Both the position numbers and the translations under genes were made by a program. From Alphaproteobacteria bacterium (GTDB lineage: Bacteria; Pseudomonadota; Alphaproteobacteria; Caulobacterales; Caulobacteraceae), in NCBI GenBank assembly GCA_031367485.1, contig JANLPX010000087.1, positions 3,477 to 67,476 of the forward strand: 64,000 bases of DNA, read 5' to 3'. Each line of letters begins with the position of its first letter. Position 1 is the stretch's first letter. Positions 18,397-27,998 of this stretch are shown here, one piece after another. The notes under the pieces are model-generated. The model searched no databases. It was not told the DNA's origin and saw only the letters and a program-made list of their open reading frames with translations.

Positions 18397-19262
18397 GGGT
18401 TGGGCATCCCACCGCTGAGGTCGGGGGATTTATAACTCATATTGGCCAAGGCCGGGCTGGCATCGGCGACATCAAAGGCGCTCATCAGACCTGCAAACCG
18501 GGCTTGAACAATGGCGCGCATATCCGGGTGGGTGAAGATGTAGCGTTCCTTGGCGCGGATGGCTTCCAACACCCTTTGCCCCACCCGCGCCGGATCAATG
18601 CCGTTCTCGACGGCTGAGTTTGCGACGATCTCACTGACGGTCGGCCCGCCATATTGCGCCTGACGCGCTCGACCCGACTGATTGATCTTGGTCTTGACGA
18701 AGCCGGGGCAGAGCACCGCCACGTTGATATTTTCTGGGGCCAACTGACCAGCCCAACCTTCGGACATCGCGACAACAGCATATTTGGTGGCGCTATAGGG
18801 CTCCATGCCGGGCGGTGAGATGTGGCCTGCCATAGAAGCCGTATTGACGAAGCATCCGCCCTCACCGTGGCTGCGGATCAGGGGCAGGAAAGTCTCAGTG
18901 CCGTAAACCACGCCCATCAAATTGACCGCCAGGATCCAATCCCAATCGGCGTGACTAACTTGATCTATCGGCCCGCCCGCCCCGACGCCGGCATTGTTGC
19001 AGACAACATGGACCTTGCCGAAGGTCTCGATGGTTTTGGCGGCCCCCTCCTCTACGGCTTGGCGGATCGCCACGTCGCAGAGCACGCTGCCGACCCGAAT
19101 CTGACGCTCCTCGAGCTCGGATACCGCCTTCTGCAGAGGCCCCTCTTCAATATCGGCCAACATGACATTCATGCCAGCCTCGCCAAAGGCGTGCGCCATG
19201 GCCAAGCCCAGGCCGCTAGCCCCGCCGGTAATAAAGGCGGTCTTGCCTTTGACATCATCCAT
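18393..19262 (-). CDS. Classical SDR oxidoreductase
   Basis: TGGASGLG, NNAG, YSATK. Confidence 0.9.
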   Translation of the reverse strand: MDDVKGKTAFITGGASGLGLAMAHAFGEAGMNVMLADIEEGPLQKAVSELEERQIRVGSVLCDVAIRQAVEEGAAKTIETFGKVHVVCNNAGVGAGGPIDQVSHADWDWILAVNLMGVVYGTETFLPLIRSHGEGGCFVNTASMAGHISPPGMEPYSATKYAVVAMSEGWAGQLAPENINVAVLCPGFVKTKINQSGRARQAQYGGPTVSEIVANSAVENGIDPARVGQRVLEAIRAKERYIFTHPDMRAIVQARFAGLMSAFDVADASPALANMSYKSPDLSGGMPNP

Positions 19263-19276
19263 AGAAGTTTCCTTGT

Positions 19277-20893
19277 CTAAGACTTTAGCCGCGCAATGAG
19301 ATCGGTGGTCGACGGATCGTGCGGCATGGAGGTGCGGCCTTCAAGCTCAGATAGTACCACGGCGGCAAGCGACTTTCCCAGCTCGACACCCCACTGATCG
19401 AAACTATTGATCCCCCAAATCACTCCCTCGACGAATACCTTGTGCTCATAGAGCGCGATGAGCGCCCCCAAGTGCTGGGGGTCGAGGCGATCCATCACAA
19501 GAAAGCTAGAGGGGCGGTTTCCCGGAAAGGTTTTCTGCGGTGTGAGTGCGGCAATTCGGCTGCGGGACAGACCTTGGGCTGCAAGGTCAGCGCGCACTAT
19601 ATCGGCCGATCTGCCCACCATAAGAGCCTCAGCCTGAGCAATGACATTCGCCAGGAGCTTCGCGTGCGCGGCGGGATCTCCCTCGAGGGTCTCACTGATC
19701 GCCAAGAAATCCACCGGGATCACATCGGTGCCCTGGTGCAGGGCTTGGAAGAAGGCGTGCTGACCATTGGTCCCGGCATCTCCGAACACACTGACCGCCG
19801 AAGAACGTGTCACCGCATCACCTGATGCCATCACCCGCTTGCCGTTCGACTCCATCTCTAGCTGCTGCAGGAAGGCAGGAAACAACCTTAGTCTCTGGGC
19901 GTAGGGGATCACCGCGCGCGTCGGTCGGTCCAAAACATTGCGATTGAAGATGTGGGCTAGAGCAAGCACCACGGGTAGGTTGGTCTCAAGCGGGGCAGCT
20001 TGAAAATGCGCGTCCATAGCCGCGCCGCCAGACAGCAATCCCTCAAATGCCTCAAAGCCCAGTGCAATGGCACAAGAGAGCCCGACCGCCGACCAAAGAG
20101 AGTAGCGTCCGCCTACCCAGTCCCAGAAGGCGAAGACCTGTTCGGGGGGAACACCAAATTCCTGCGCCACGCGTGGGGCCGCTGACACCGCCACCAGATG
20201 TTTATCTCCGGCCGGTCCTAGGGCTGCGCGCAGCCAGGCGCGGGCAGCCTCGGCGTTGGTGAGGGTTTCCTGGGTGGTGAAGGTCTTAGAGACCACAACG
20301 ACGAGGGTTTCGGCGGGGTCCAAGCCGACCAAGGCGAGGGCCAGGTCTGACGGATCGACATTGGCGACGAAGCGGAGGTCGATCTTTGGCGTGAGAGGAC
20401 GCAAGGCCTCCCATACCAGTCTTGGCCCAAGGTCAGAGCCGCCAATACCGATATGGATGACCGTCTTAAATGGACGGCCAGTCGCCCCGAGGTGCGCGGT
20501 AGATCGTGTAGCTTCTGAGAAAGCGCCAATCCTGCGCCGCATCGCTGAGACCTCGCGCGAGACCGAGGTGCCACCGGCAACAAACCTAGCACCCTGCGGC
20601 GCGCGCAATGCCATATGGAGGGCCGGACGTCCTTCGGAGGCATTGACGATCTCGCCGCCGAATAGTCGCGCCCGGGCGCGCTCCAGACCGGCGGCATCGG
20701 CCAACTTCAGCGCACTCTTGAAGTCGTCTAGGGACCAGGGTTGCTTAGAGAGATCAAGACGAATGCCGGCACCAGCTAGGGAAAGCCTTCCCATCCGATC
20801 AGGTTCCCCACGGAACAGATCAACGATCCGCCGGGCACGGACCGCAGGTGCGCGCGACTCAAGGTCGACCCAGGCGGCTGCGAGTTCAGTCAT
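19277..20893 (-). CDS. pgi: Glucose-6-phosphate isomerase
   Basis: IGIGGSDLGP, SKTFTTQET, DWVGGRYSLWS, QQLEMESNGK, FDQWGVELGK. Confidence 0.97.
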   Translation of the reverse strand: MTELAAAWVDLESRAPAVRARRIVDLFRGEPDRMGRLSLAGAGIRLDLSKQPWSLDDFKSALKLADAAGLERARARLFGGEIVNASEGRPALHMALRAPQGARFVAGGTSVSREVSAMRRRIGAFSEATRSTAHLGATGRPFKTVIHIGIGGSDLGPRLVWEALRPLTPKIDLRFVANVDPSDLALALVGLDPAETLVVVVSKTFTTQETLTNAEAARAWLRAALGPAGDKHLVAVSAAPRVAQEFGVPPEQVFAFWDWVGGRYSLWSAVGLSCAIALGFEAFEGLLSGGAAMDAHFQAAPLETNLPVVLALAHIFNRNVLDRPTRAVIPYAQRLRLFPAFLQQLEMESNGKRVMASGDAVTRSSAVSVFGDAGTNGQHAFFQALHQGTDVIPVDFLAISETLEGDPAAHAKLLANVIAQAEALMVGRSADIVRADLAAQGLSRSRIAALTPQKTFPGNRPSSFLVMDRLDPQHLGALIALYEHKVFVEGVIWGINSFDQWGVELGKSLAAVVLSELEGRTSMPHDPSTTDLIARLKS

Positions 20894-20992
20894 TGAGGGA
20901 TCGGAACCTTGGCGACGGTAGGACGACGTTTACCATGTCGCGGTTAGCAAAGGACCAGCCTTCTGTCTCGACTTGCTTGCGAGGAATATCAA

Positions 20993-21439
20993 ATGTCCTG
21001 CGACGCTGTAGCCGCTATCGCGTTTTTCTGGTTGGCCTCCACCGGGCCCGCGCACCCCACGGCGAATTATGCCGTCGCCCAGCCAGCCGCCGTTGCCCGC
21101 GAACCGATGTTTGTCGACATTGTACAGCGTGCCAGCCGCCTCAAGGCGCAGGTTGCCGCCTTTCAAGGCAACGACAAGCCGATCTCCGATGGGTTCAAAA
21201 CTCAGGTTGGCGAGCTGGCGGCTCTGGACATGAAAGGCCACCTACTACTCGCCAAGCGCGGCACGGACGGGGATCTGAAGTGCATTCTGCGCGGCATTTC
21301 TCAGGACCTACCGGTGAAGTTAACTGCGGTCACTGCAGCGCCCGATCGCAAAACTAGGGATGGCGCGCTTAAGGAGATGGGATATCTGCTGCGGGACAAT
21401 GTCGAGGTCATCACTGCACCGCCGACCCCTCCCGTTTAG
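20993..21439 (+). CDS. Hypothetical exported helical protein
   Basis: SD GAGGA before ATG; hydrophobic N-terminus; fills the gap between pgi and dsbD. Confidence 0.65.
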   Translation: MSCDAVAAIAFFWLASTGPAHPTANYAVAQPAAVAREPMFVDIVQRASRLKAQVAAFQGNDKPISDGFKTQVGELAALDMKGHLLLAKRGTDGDLKCILRGISQDLPVKLTAVTAAPDRKTRDGALKEMGYLLRDNVEVITAPPTPPV

Positions 21440-23556
21440 CGAGCTGCCGCAGCCTCAAGCGCCCTAGCGACGATCGACCCAGTGAGAAGCTGGGGTAAAA
21501 TCGTCGGCTCACCGCCATGGGCACCATAGACTAGATAGAGCGGAACCCCTGCCCGGCCATATTCTGCTAGCTCGGCGGCAATCTTGGCGTCACGTCGCGT
21601 CCAATCGGCTTTGAGATAAACTGCGCCGGTCTTGTTGAACGCGTTTGCCGCTTCCTGGGTGGAAAAAGCCACCTTCTCGTTCACCTGACAGGTCACACAC
21701 CATGCGGCTGTGTAATTGACGAACACCGTTTTGCCGGCAGCCTGAGCCTCGAGCAGCTTTTCACGGCTATAGGGTTGGTAGGGAATGTCCGAACCCTGAG
21801 CCAAGGATTCGGGACCAACGGCCACGGAGTATCTGGGCACGACCACCGCAAAAATCGACGCTGCCAGCAGAACGACCCCTAGGACTGTCAGGAAGATCGG
21901 CCGTCCGCCCGCTAAGTGTTGGCGCTGAACAATTCCCATGATCCAGGCCGCCAGGGCCAGCACGATCGCGGCAGCAAATAGCCGCGCCAGTGCGTCAGAG
22001 CCCGATCCAATCACCAGGACCCATGCCAACCATGCAGCCGCCCCGTACATCGGGAACGCCATGAGTTTGCGGAACCCTTCCATCCAGGGTCCCGGACGGG
22101 GAAGTTTGGTCAATAGGGCCGGGACGAATGCTGCCAGGGTGAAGGGCGCAGCAAAGCCTAGGCCTAGGCCTAGGAATACAGCCAAGGCAGCAGGTGCAGA
22201 TTGGGTGAGTGCCCAGCCTAGAGCTGGTGCCATGAACGGTGCGGTACACGGGGCGGCCACCACCACGGCCAGCGCACCCGTGAAGAAAGCCCCTGCCATC
22301 CCACCACGAGAAGCCGCCTGGGAGCCCAACCCCTGAAGCGAGCCGCCGATCTCAAACAGACCCGACAGGTTCAAAGCGACCCCAAGCATGAGCAGGGCCA
22401 GAACCGCGACCAGCGGCGGTGACTGCAATTGAAATCCCCAGCCCACGGCCGAACCCCCAGCGCGCAGCGCGATCAAGGCACCCGCCAGCGCTAAGAAGGT
22501 CGCCAAAACACCTACTAGGAAAGCTAAGCCCTGAGCCTGCGCCTCGCGTCGTTCGTGGGCGTGGGACGCCAGAGAGGCAGCCTTCAAGGCCAAGACCGGA
22601 AATACGCAGGGCATTAAGTTCAAGATGAGACCACCTAGGAAGGCAAATGCCACGGCACCGACTAAACCTAGCCCCGGCGTGTTGGCCACCTTAGCTGGCG
22701 GCGATCCCAACCCCCGTGCGGCGGCAGGTAAGACACCTGCCTGCGCGCTGAGCTCGTAGCCTTTACCCGACACCACCAAGACGCCTCCTAGAAGCTCTGG
22801 TACGGCCTTAGTTTCGGATCCAGGCGTCGGCGCAAGCGTGAGCGTAAGGCCTTCAGGGCCGCGCTCTATCTGCTGCGGTTTGGCGTGATCAATCACGTCC
22901 GCGGCAAAGGGGTAGAAATAGGCGTCCGCGAAGTCTGCGCCCTTGAGCGCTGAGCCGGTGACGGCAAGCTTAAGGGTCTCTCCCGCCTTGACGACAACAC
23001 CGACCAAGTCTCCGGATTTCGGGGATGTGGCGAGAGCTTGGCTGATCTTTTCGCCCCAAACTGGCGTCAGGGGTGCCGGGGTCGGCGTTACGGGCAGGTT
23101 CAAGGCGAGATCGGCATCCTGGGGCACACAAACGTCAGCGCAGACCAGGAGCGAGACGTGAGCCTTAAGGCTAACACTCTGACCCGGGCGCGCCGAACGC
23201 GGGGCCCTGATCGCGACCGGCAGAAGTACCCGGTCATGGTAGCCATAGTTCATCAAAGGACCGGTCGGTTGCCGCGTTGGCGTCGCCCAGATGATGTCGC
23301 CAGCGCTCCAGCCGGAGGGCAGTGTCCACTTGATCTCGGTTGCGGCACCTGAGTCGCCTGAATTGCGCCAATAGGTGTGCCAGCCCGGCTGAATATCCTG
23401 CACCAGCGCCACATAGGTTTCGCCGCCAGGGGAAACACCGGTGGTCTGGCTCACCAACTCGACCGTTACATGCGGTGTCTTGACCGGCTGGGCCATTGCC
23501 GGGAGCCCAGCAAGCAAGGTCAGGGCGGCAAGGAGGTTGGCAATACTTTGAGTCAT
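21436..23556 (-). CDS. dsbD: DsbD/ScsB-family thiol:disulfide interchange protein
   Basis: GWHTYW and CADVC N-domain, transmembrane PCVFP and APCTAP, thioredoxin WCVTC. Confidence 0.9.
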   Translation of the reverse strand: MTQSIANLLAALTLLAGLPAMAQPVKTPHVTVELVSQTTGVSPGGETYVALVQDIQPGWHTYWRNSGDSGAATEIKWTLPSGWSAGDIIWATPTRQPTGPLMNYGYHDRVLLPVAIRAPRSARPGQSVSLKAHVSLLVCADVCVPQDADLALNLPVTPTPAPLTPVWGEKISQALATSPKSGDLVGVVVKAGETLKLAVTGSALKGADFADAYFYPFAADVIDHAKPQQIERGPEGLTLTLAPTPGSETKAVPELLGGVLVVSGKGYELSAQAGVLPAAARGLGSPPAKVANTPGLGLVGAVAFAFLGGLILNLMPCVFPVLALKAASLASHAHERREAQAQGLAFLVGVLATFLALAGALIALRAGGSAVGWGFQLQSPPLVAVLALLMLGVALNLSGLFEIGGSLQGLGSQAASRGGMAGAFFTGALAVVVAAPCTAPFMAPALGWALTQSAPAALAVFLGLGLGFAAPFTLAAFVPALLTKLPRPGPWMEGFRKLMAFPMYGAAAWLAWVLVIGSGSDALARLFAAAIVLALAAWIMGIVQRQHLAGGRPIFLTVLGVVLLAASIFAVVVPRYSVAVGPESLAQGSDIPYQPYSREKLLEAQAAGKTVFVNYTAAWCVTCQVNEKVAFSTQEAANAFNKTGAVYLKADWTRRDAKIAAELAEYGRAGVPLYLVYGAHGGEPTILPQLLTGSIVARALEAAAAR

Positions 23557-23702
23557 GGACTGGGCCGGATCTCTACTGTTGGTCGGCTATATGCCTGTGG
23601 AACAGCCATACGCCAAGACAGTCGCTATGGTTACGGCTCGACTCGCGACGTGCTGCAGCCGCATCATCAACGAATCATCCCTGTTGACCTCGGAGACCGG
23701 CA

Positions 23703-24095
23703 ATGCCCGCCCAGTTTGACGATATCGAGATTGGAACTGTGGCGTCGCTCGGTGAGATTCGCCTGGATCGCCGGGCGATGGAGGCCTTCATTGCGGCGTT
23801 CGCGCCAGGGTGGCCGTTGGAACGCGGCGCTCCCGATGCCATGGTCTATGCCGTCTGGGCGAGACTCGACACCGCCACGACCATGAACTGGCCGCAGACC
23901 AAGCGCCTGGGCGTCGATGCCCTGCGTTGGGTGCGCAATCCGCCAGCTGGCGAGGTTTTGCGTGGTCGCATGACCGTCATGGGCAAAGACCCAGTCGGCG
24001 AAGGCAAAGGGATCATCATCGCCCAGCATGACTTGTTGGACGAAGCGGGTCGGCTGGTATTTTCCTGCCTGACCCGCAGCGTCTTTGCGCGTTGA
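23703..24095 (+). CDS. MaoC-like hot-dog fold protein (degenerate)
   Basis: FDDIEIG...GVDALRW...GEVLRG pattern of MaoC-like proteins. Confidence 0.65.
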   Translation: MPAQFDDIEIGTVASLGEIRLDRRAMEAFIAAFAPGWPLERGAPDAMVYAVWARLDTATTMNWPQTKRLGVDALRWVRNPPAGEVLRGRMTVMGKDPVGEGKGIIIAQHDLLDEAGRLVFSCLTRSVFAR

Positions 24096-24096
24096 A

Positions 24097-24900
24097 CTAG
24101 GCGTTAGCAGCCTCTTGTTGCATGGCCACTGTGGCAGCTTTGTACATCTGTAAGGCGATCAGGCGGTCCCATCCGACCAAGCTCATAAGGTGAGCGTAGA
24201 TTTGTTGTAGGGCCCCGTTGTCGCGAAGCTCAGCAAATTTATCGTGAGGCAGCGCATTGAGCTTCTCTTCGGAGACGCCAAAGAATTCCGCAACAATTTG
24301 AGGCTCTGCCGTTGAGCCATCTTCGTTGACAGGTGTATGGGTCGCCGTCTTGCTCTCGAACAAATCCAAGTCCTTGAGCATCTGTACAAAATTGGCGGTG
24401 CGCTGACGCTCAACCTCGTAGTTGTTGCAGAACTCTATGCAATTCTTGGTGTACTCGGTCGGCTGATCCTTCTCGTCAAAGAAGGGCATGTCGCCGCCTT
24501 CGGTAATGAACTCAGCATTGCGATCGATGCAGAGCACCGACTGGCCAGCGGCCTGATCATTGGCGAAGACAAAGGGATAGCGGCGGATATAGGCTGGGAT
24601 ATAGACGCCAGCCTCGAACAGCCCGTCCTCTCGCAGAAAGATGTTTTCGTTGCTGTTGAGGCCCATGACCGCCAATGGCGTCTTATCGTCGCCGACGAAG
24701 ATGATCGGGCCGGTCACAGCCGACAGCGAGAACTCGGTTACCGCCAAGGGAACCGCGTGGCCGGCACGGGCAAAGCCGAAAGGGCCGTCCATGCGCTTGA
24801 CGCCCAGGGTCCGGTGCATCTCTGGAGAGAGCGGTTCGGGCTTCGAATAAAATAAAACACTGCCGGTGATCTGGCCGCTGTTGGTGGTGACGGTCGCCAT
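24097..24900 (-). CDS. SapC-family protein
   Basis: YIPAYIRRYPF, EEKLNAL, IYAHLMSL motifs. Confidence 0.88.
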   Translation of the reverse strand: MATVTTNSGQITGSVLFYSKPEPLSPEMHRTLGVKRMDGPFGFARAGHAVPLAVTEFSLSAVTGPIIFVGDDKTPLAVMGLNSNENIFLREDGLFEAGVYIPAYIRRYPFVFANDQAAGQSVLCIDRNAEFITEGGDMPFFDEKDQPTEYTKNCIEFCNNYEVERQRTANFVQMLKDLDLFESKTATHTPVNEDGSTAEPQIVAEFFGVSEEKLNALPHDKFAELRDNGALQQIYAHLMSLVGWDRLIALQMYKAATVAMQQEAANA

Positions 24901-25101
24901 GAAATGCCTTCAAATTGTTGGGCGCAAACGCAAGTTTTGGGACCGATTCCGAAATTGCGGACCCGAAAGGTCGCCGCTTCTAACCGATCAGCGCACGGGC
25001 GGCAAATGGGGTGGAGGGATGCTTGCCTACCAAGCGCATTGGGTCTTCAATCACGCCATAAGAATTCAGAGACTAACAGCATTTTAGAGGAGGCATTTCC
25101 A

Positions 25102-25983
25102 ATGGGTATTTTCTATCCCGACATTCTCGACCAAAAGACCGCGCCACGCACGTTTAGCTACGGCGACAAGGACGTTATGCTGTATGCTCTGGGTGTCGGA
25201 CTGGGGCAGGACCCCATGAATGAGACAGAGCTAGCATTCGTCTACGAAAAGGATCTCAAAGTGGTCCCGACGGCAGCGACCGTGCTGTCTTCTGGGGCGC
25301 GCGGCACGGCAGGCCCCGCGCCGGACATGCCCGCTGGTCACCGACCCAGTCAGATCAACTTCCTTATGGTGGTTCATGGCGAGCAGAAGGTTGAACTCCA
25401 TAAGCCCTTGCCCGCCCAAGGCACCTTCACCGCCTCCAGCCGTACCGTCGGTGCCTATGATAAGGGTGCCGGCAAGGGTGCGGTTATCCTCAACGAAACC
25501 GTCTGGACCGACGATAAGGGCGAGAAGGTCGCCACCTTGACGGGCTCTACCTTTGCCCGCGGCGACGGCGGATTTGGAGGCCCATCCGAAGGCGCACCGG
25601 AGCCCCACACTGTGCCGAGCCGCGCGCCGGACATGTCAGTGGACTTTACCACCCGGGAAGATCAGGCCCTGCTCTACCGGCTCAACGGCGACCGCAATCC
25701 GCTGCACTCCGACCCCGGTATTGCCAAGCGGGCGGGGTTTGATCGGCCGATCCTGCATGGCCTCTGCACCTACGGCATCACCTGCCGCGCCGTACTGCAG
25801 GCGATTACGGGTTTTGATCCTGACCAAATTCTCAGCCATCAGGCGCGTTTCTCAGCCCCTGTATTTCCAGGTGACACCATCACGGTGGACCTGTGGACCG
25901 ATGGCAAGGCAATCTCGTTTGAGGCCCGGGTCAAGGCGCGCAGCGTCACCGTGATCAAGAACGGCCTGACGATGTTGCGCTAG
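25102..25983 (+). CDS. Double hot-dog (R)-specific enoyl-CoA hydratase (MFE-2 hydratase-2 type)
   Basis: LYALGVG, VHGEQ, YRLNGDRNPLHSDP, PILHGLCT. Start ATG 25102 after SD GAGGAGG. Confidence 0.9.
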   Translation: MGIFYPDILDQKTAPRTFSYGDKDVMLYALGVGLGQDPMNETELAFVYEKDLKVVPTAATVLSSGARGTAGPAPDMPAGHRPSQINFLMVVHGEQKVELHKPLPAQGTFTASSRTVGAYDKGAGKGAVILNETVWTDDKGEKVATLTGSTFARGDGGFGGPSEGAPEPHTVPSRAPDMSVDFTTREDQALLYRLNGDRNPLHSDPGIAKRAGFDRPILHGLCTYGITCRAVLQAITGFDPDQILSHQARFSAPVFPGDTITVDLWTDGKAISFEARVKARSVTVIKNGLTMLR

Positions 25984-26001
25984 CCCAGCCCTTGATTTCG
26001 G

Positions 26002-26883
26002 TCACAAGACAGGCCGGGGTTGGGTAAGCGCGCCATAGAGGTCTATCCTCCGATCACGGAAGAAACCCCAGGCGGCGCGGTGGGCAGCCAGGAAATCCAG
26101 ATCAAATTGCGAGCTGACGATTCCATGCTCGTCTCGACCAAGCTCAGACACCAGATCGCCACGGTGGTTCGCAATGAAGGAAGAGCCGTAGAATCTCTGC
26201 CCGCCACCGGGATAGTCCGCCCACGGTTCAAACCCGGTGCGATTAGCCCCAATAACGGGGATGACGTTGGAGACCGCGTGACCTTGCATGGCGCGCCGCC
26301 AGGGCAAGGCTGTATCCAGGGTATCGTCGTGGGGCTCAGATCCAATAGCCGTTGGGTAGAGCACAACCTCGGCCCCCATGAGGGTCATGGCGCGGGCCGC
26401 CTCCGGATACCACTGGTCCCAGCAGATACCGACCCCCAGCCGCCCGAACCGCGTATCCCAGACCTTGAAGCCAGTATCCCCGGGTCGGAAATAGTACTTC
26501 TCCATGTAGCCAGGTCCGTCGGGAATATGGCTCTTTCGATAAAGGCCCATCAGCGAACCGTCGGCATCGACCATGACGAGGCTGTTGAAATAGTGGGGCC
26601 CCTCACGTTCAAAGATCGAAATCGGCAGCACCACCCCAAGCTCTGCGGCCAGGGGAGCCAGCGCCGTGACGCAGGGGTGGGTGCGCCAGGGATGGGCCTG
26701 TGCAAACCAGCGTTCCTCTTGGGCGACACAGAAATAGGGACCCTGGAACAGCTCTGAGGGCAGGATCACCTGCGCGCCCTGGGCGGCGGCTTGGCGGATC
26801 AGGTCGGTGGTCTTGGCGATATTGCCAGCCAGATCATCGCTGTAGGACGTCTGAAGCGCGGCGACGGTGATAGTGCGGGGCAT
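26002..26883 (-). CDS. aguB: N-carbamoylputrescine amidase
   Basis: Nitrilase fold ELF, YRKSHIPDGPGY.EK.YF, ICWDQWYPE; adjacent to aguA. Confidence 0.93.
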   Translation of the reverse strand: MPRTITVAALQTSYSDDLAGNIAKTTDLIRQAAAQGAQVILPSELFQGPYFCVAQEERWFAQAHPWRTHPCVTALAPLAAELGVVLPISIFEREGPHYFNSLVMVDADGSLMGLYRKSHIPDGPGYMEKYYFRPGDTGFKVWDTRFGRLGVGICWDQWYPEAARAMTLMGAEVVLYPTAIGSEPHDDTLDTALPWRRAMQGHAVSNVIPVIGANRTGFEPWADYPGGGQRFYGSSFIANHRGDLVSELGRDEHGIVSSQFDLDFLAAHRAAWGFFRDRRIDLYGALTQPRPVL

Positions 26884-27890
26884 CAGGCGGGCTCCTGCTG
26901 GGTAATACAGTGGAACGAGCCACCGCCCGATAGGACAGCGCGCGAGGGCAAGGCGATCACTGCGCGGTCAGGGAAGAGGCTTTGTAAGACTTGCCGCGCC
27001 AAGTCGGCAGATTGGGTTGTGCCATAGGTCGGCATTATCACCGCGCCGTTGGCGATGATGAAGTTCATATGGCTGGCCGGGGCCGCGCCACCCTGCTCGC
27101 TGTCGATCCAGCCCGGTGAGGGGATGCGGATGACCTTGAGCTTGTGGCCATCGGCGTCCGTCATGGCGGCTAGATCCGCGGCGCATGCGTCATAGGCATC
27201 GGCATTCACGTCGCCCCGGCCCCAGGCAACCGGGCAAACCACGGTGGAGGGGGCGACGAACCGGGCGAGGTTATCGACATGGCCGTCTGTGTGGTCATTA
27301 GCTAGGCCAGCGCCCAGCCACAGCACCTTGCGCGAGCCCAAGGCTTTGGCAAGAGCGGCCTCCGCCACGGGTTCAGTCCAACCGGCGTTACGGTTGGGAT
27401 TGAGTAGGCATTGGCGGGTGGTGAGGATCGTCCCAGCCCCATCATGATCCAAGGCGCCACCCTCAAGTATGATGTCGTTGGGCACCATGGCGACGCCAGA
27501 GGCCTGCGCGACCTGGCTGGCCACTTCGTCGTCGTAGTCAAGCAGGTACTTGCCGCCCCAGCCATTGAACGTAAAACCGAGTGCTGCCTCGCCGGTCGGC
27601 GTCTTAGCAAAGATCGGGCCTGTATCACGGAGCCAGATGTCGCCGAACCGGCCGGGCACAATCTCGAGACCCACCACATCGCCCAGAAGGCGGCGCGCAT
27701 CAGCCTCGCCTTGCGGCGTGCCGGTCATCAGTCGCACGCGCTCGCGGCCGGGACCGGCCAAAGCTCGGGCCAAAGCCGCGACCTCGGCCTGAGCAGGCGC
27801 AAGGTTGTCTTCCCACAAATCCGCATGGCTGGGAAACCCCAGCCACATGGCCCGGTGCGGTGCCCACTCGGCAGGAATGGTCAGGTTCAT
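26883..27890 (-). CDS. aguA: Agmatine deiminase
   Basis: PAEW, DIWLRDTGP, FNGWGGKY, EGG, DHTDGHVD, GGGSFHCITQQ. Start ATG 27890. Confidence 0.93.
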   Translation of the reverse strand: MNLTIPAEWAPHRAMWLGFPSHADLWEDNLAPAQAEVAALARALAGPGRERVRLMTGTPQGEADARRLLGDVVGLEIVPGRFGDIWLRDTGPIFAKTPTGEAALGFTFNGWGGKYLLDYDDEVASQVAQASGVAMVPNDIILEGGALDHDGAGTILTTRQCLLNPNRNAGWTEPVAEAALAKALGSRKVLWLGAGLANDHTDGHVDNLARFVAPSTVVCPVAWGRGDVNADAYDACAADLAAMTDADGHKLKVIRIPSPGWIDSEQGGAAPASHMNFIIANGAVIMPTYGTTQSADLARQVLQSLFPDRAVIALPSRAVLSGGGSFHCITQQEPA

Positions 27891-27944
27891 GGAGTCCTCA
27901 GAACAGCGCCCGGCAGATGCGACCCCGCGCCCCATCCGTCAAGC

Positions 27945-27975
27945 AAAAGGGCGACCCATCGCTGAGCCGCCCCTT
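27945..27975 (-). terminator. Intrinsic terminator after the TonB-dependent receptor
   Basis: Minus strand gggcggctca-gcga-tgggtcgccc-tttt: GNRA loop with G-U pairs. Confidence 0.7.
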
Positions 27976-27998
27976 CCACCAAACTTGGTCAACTAATG

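Noticed and set aside
20903-20930. SigT promoter before the hypothetical gene
   Set aside because: GGAAC to CGTT spacing is 19 nt, not 16-17.
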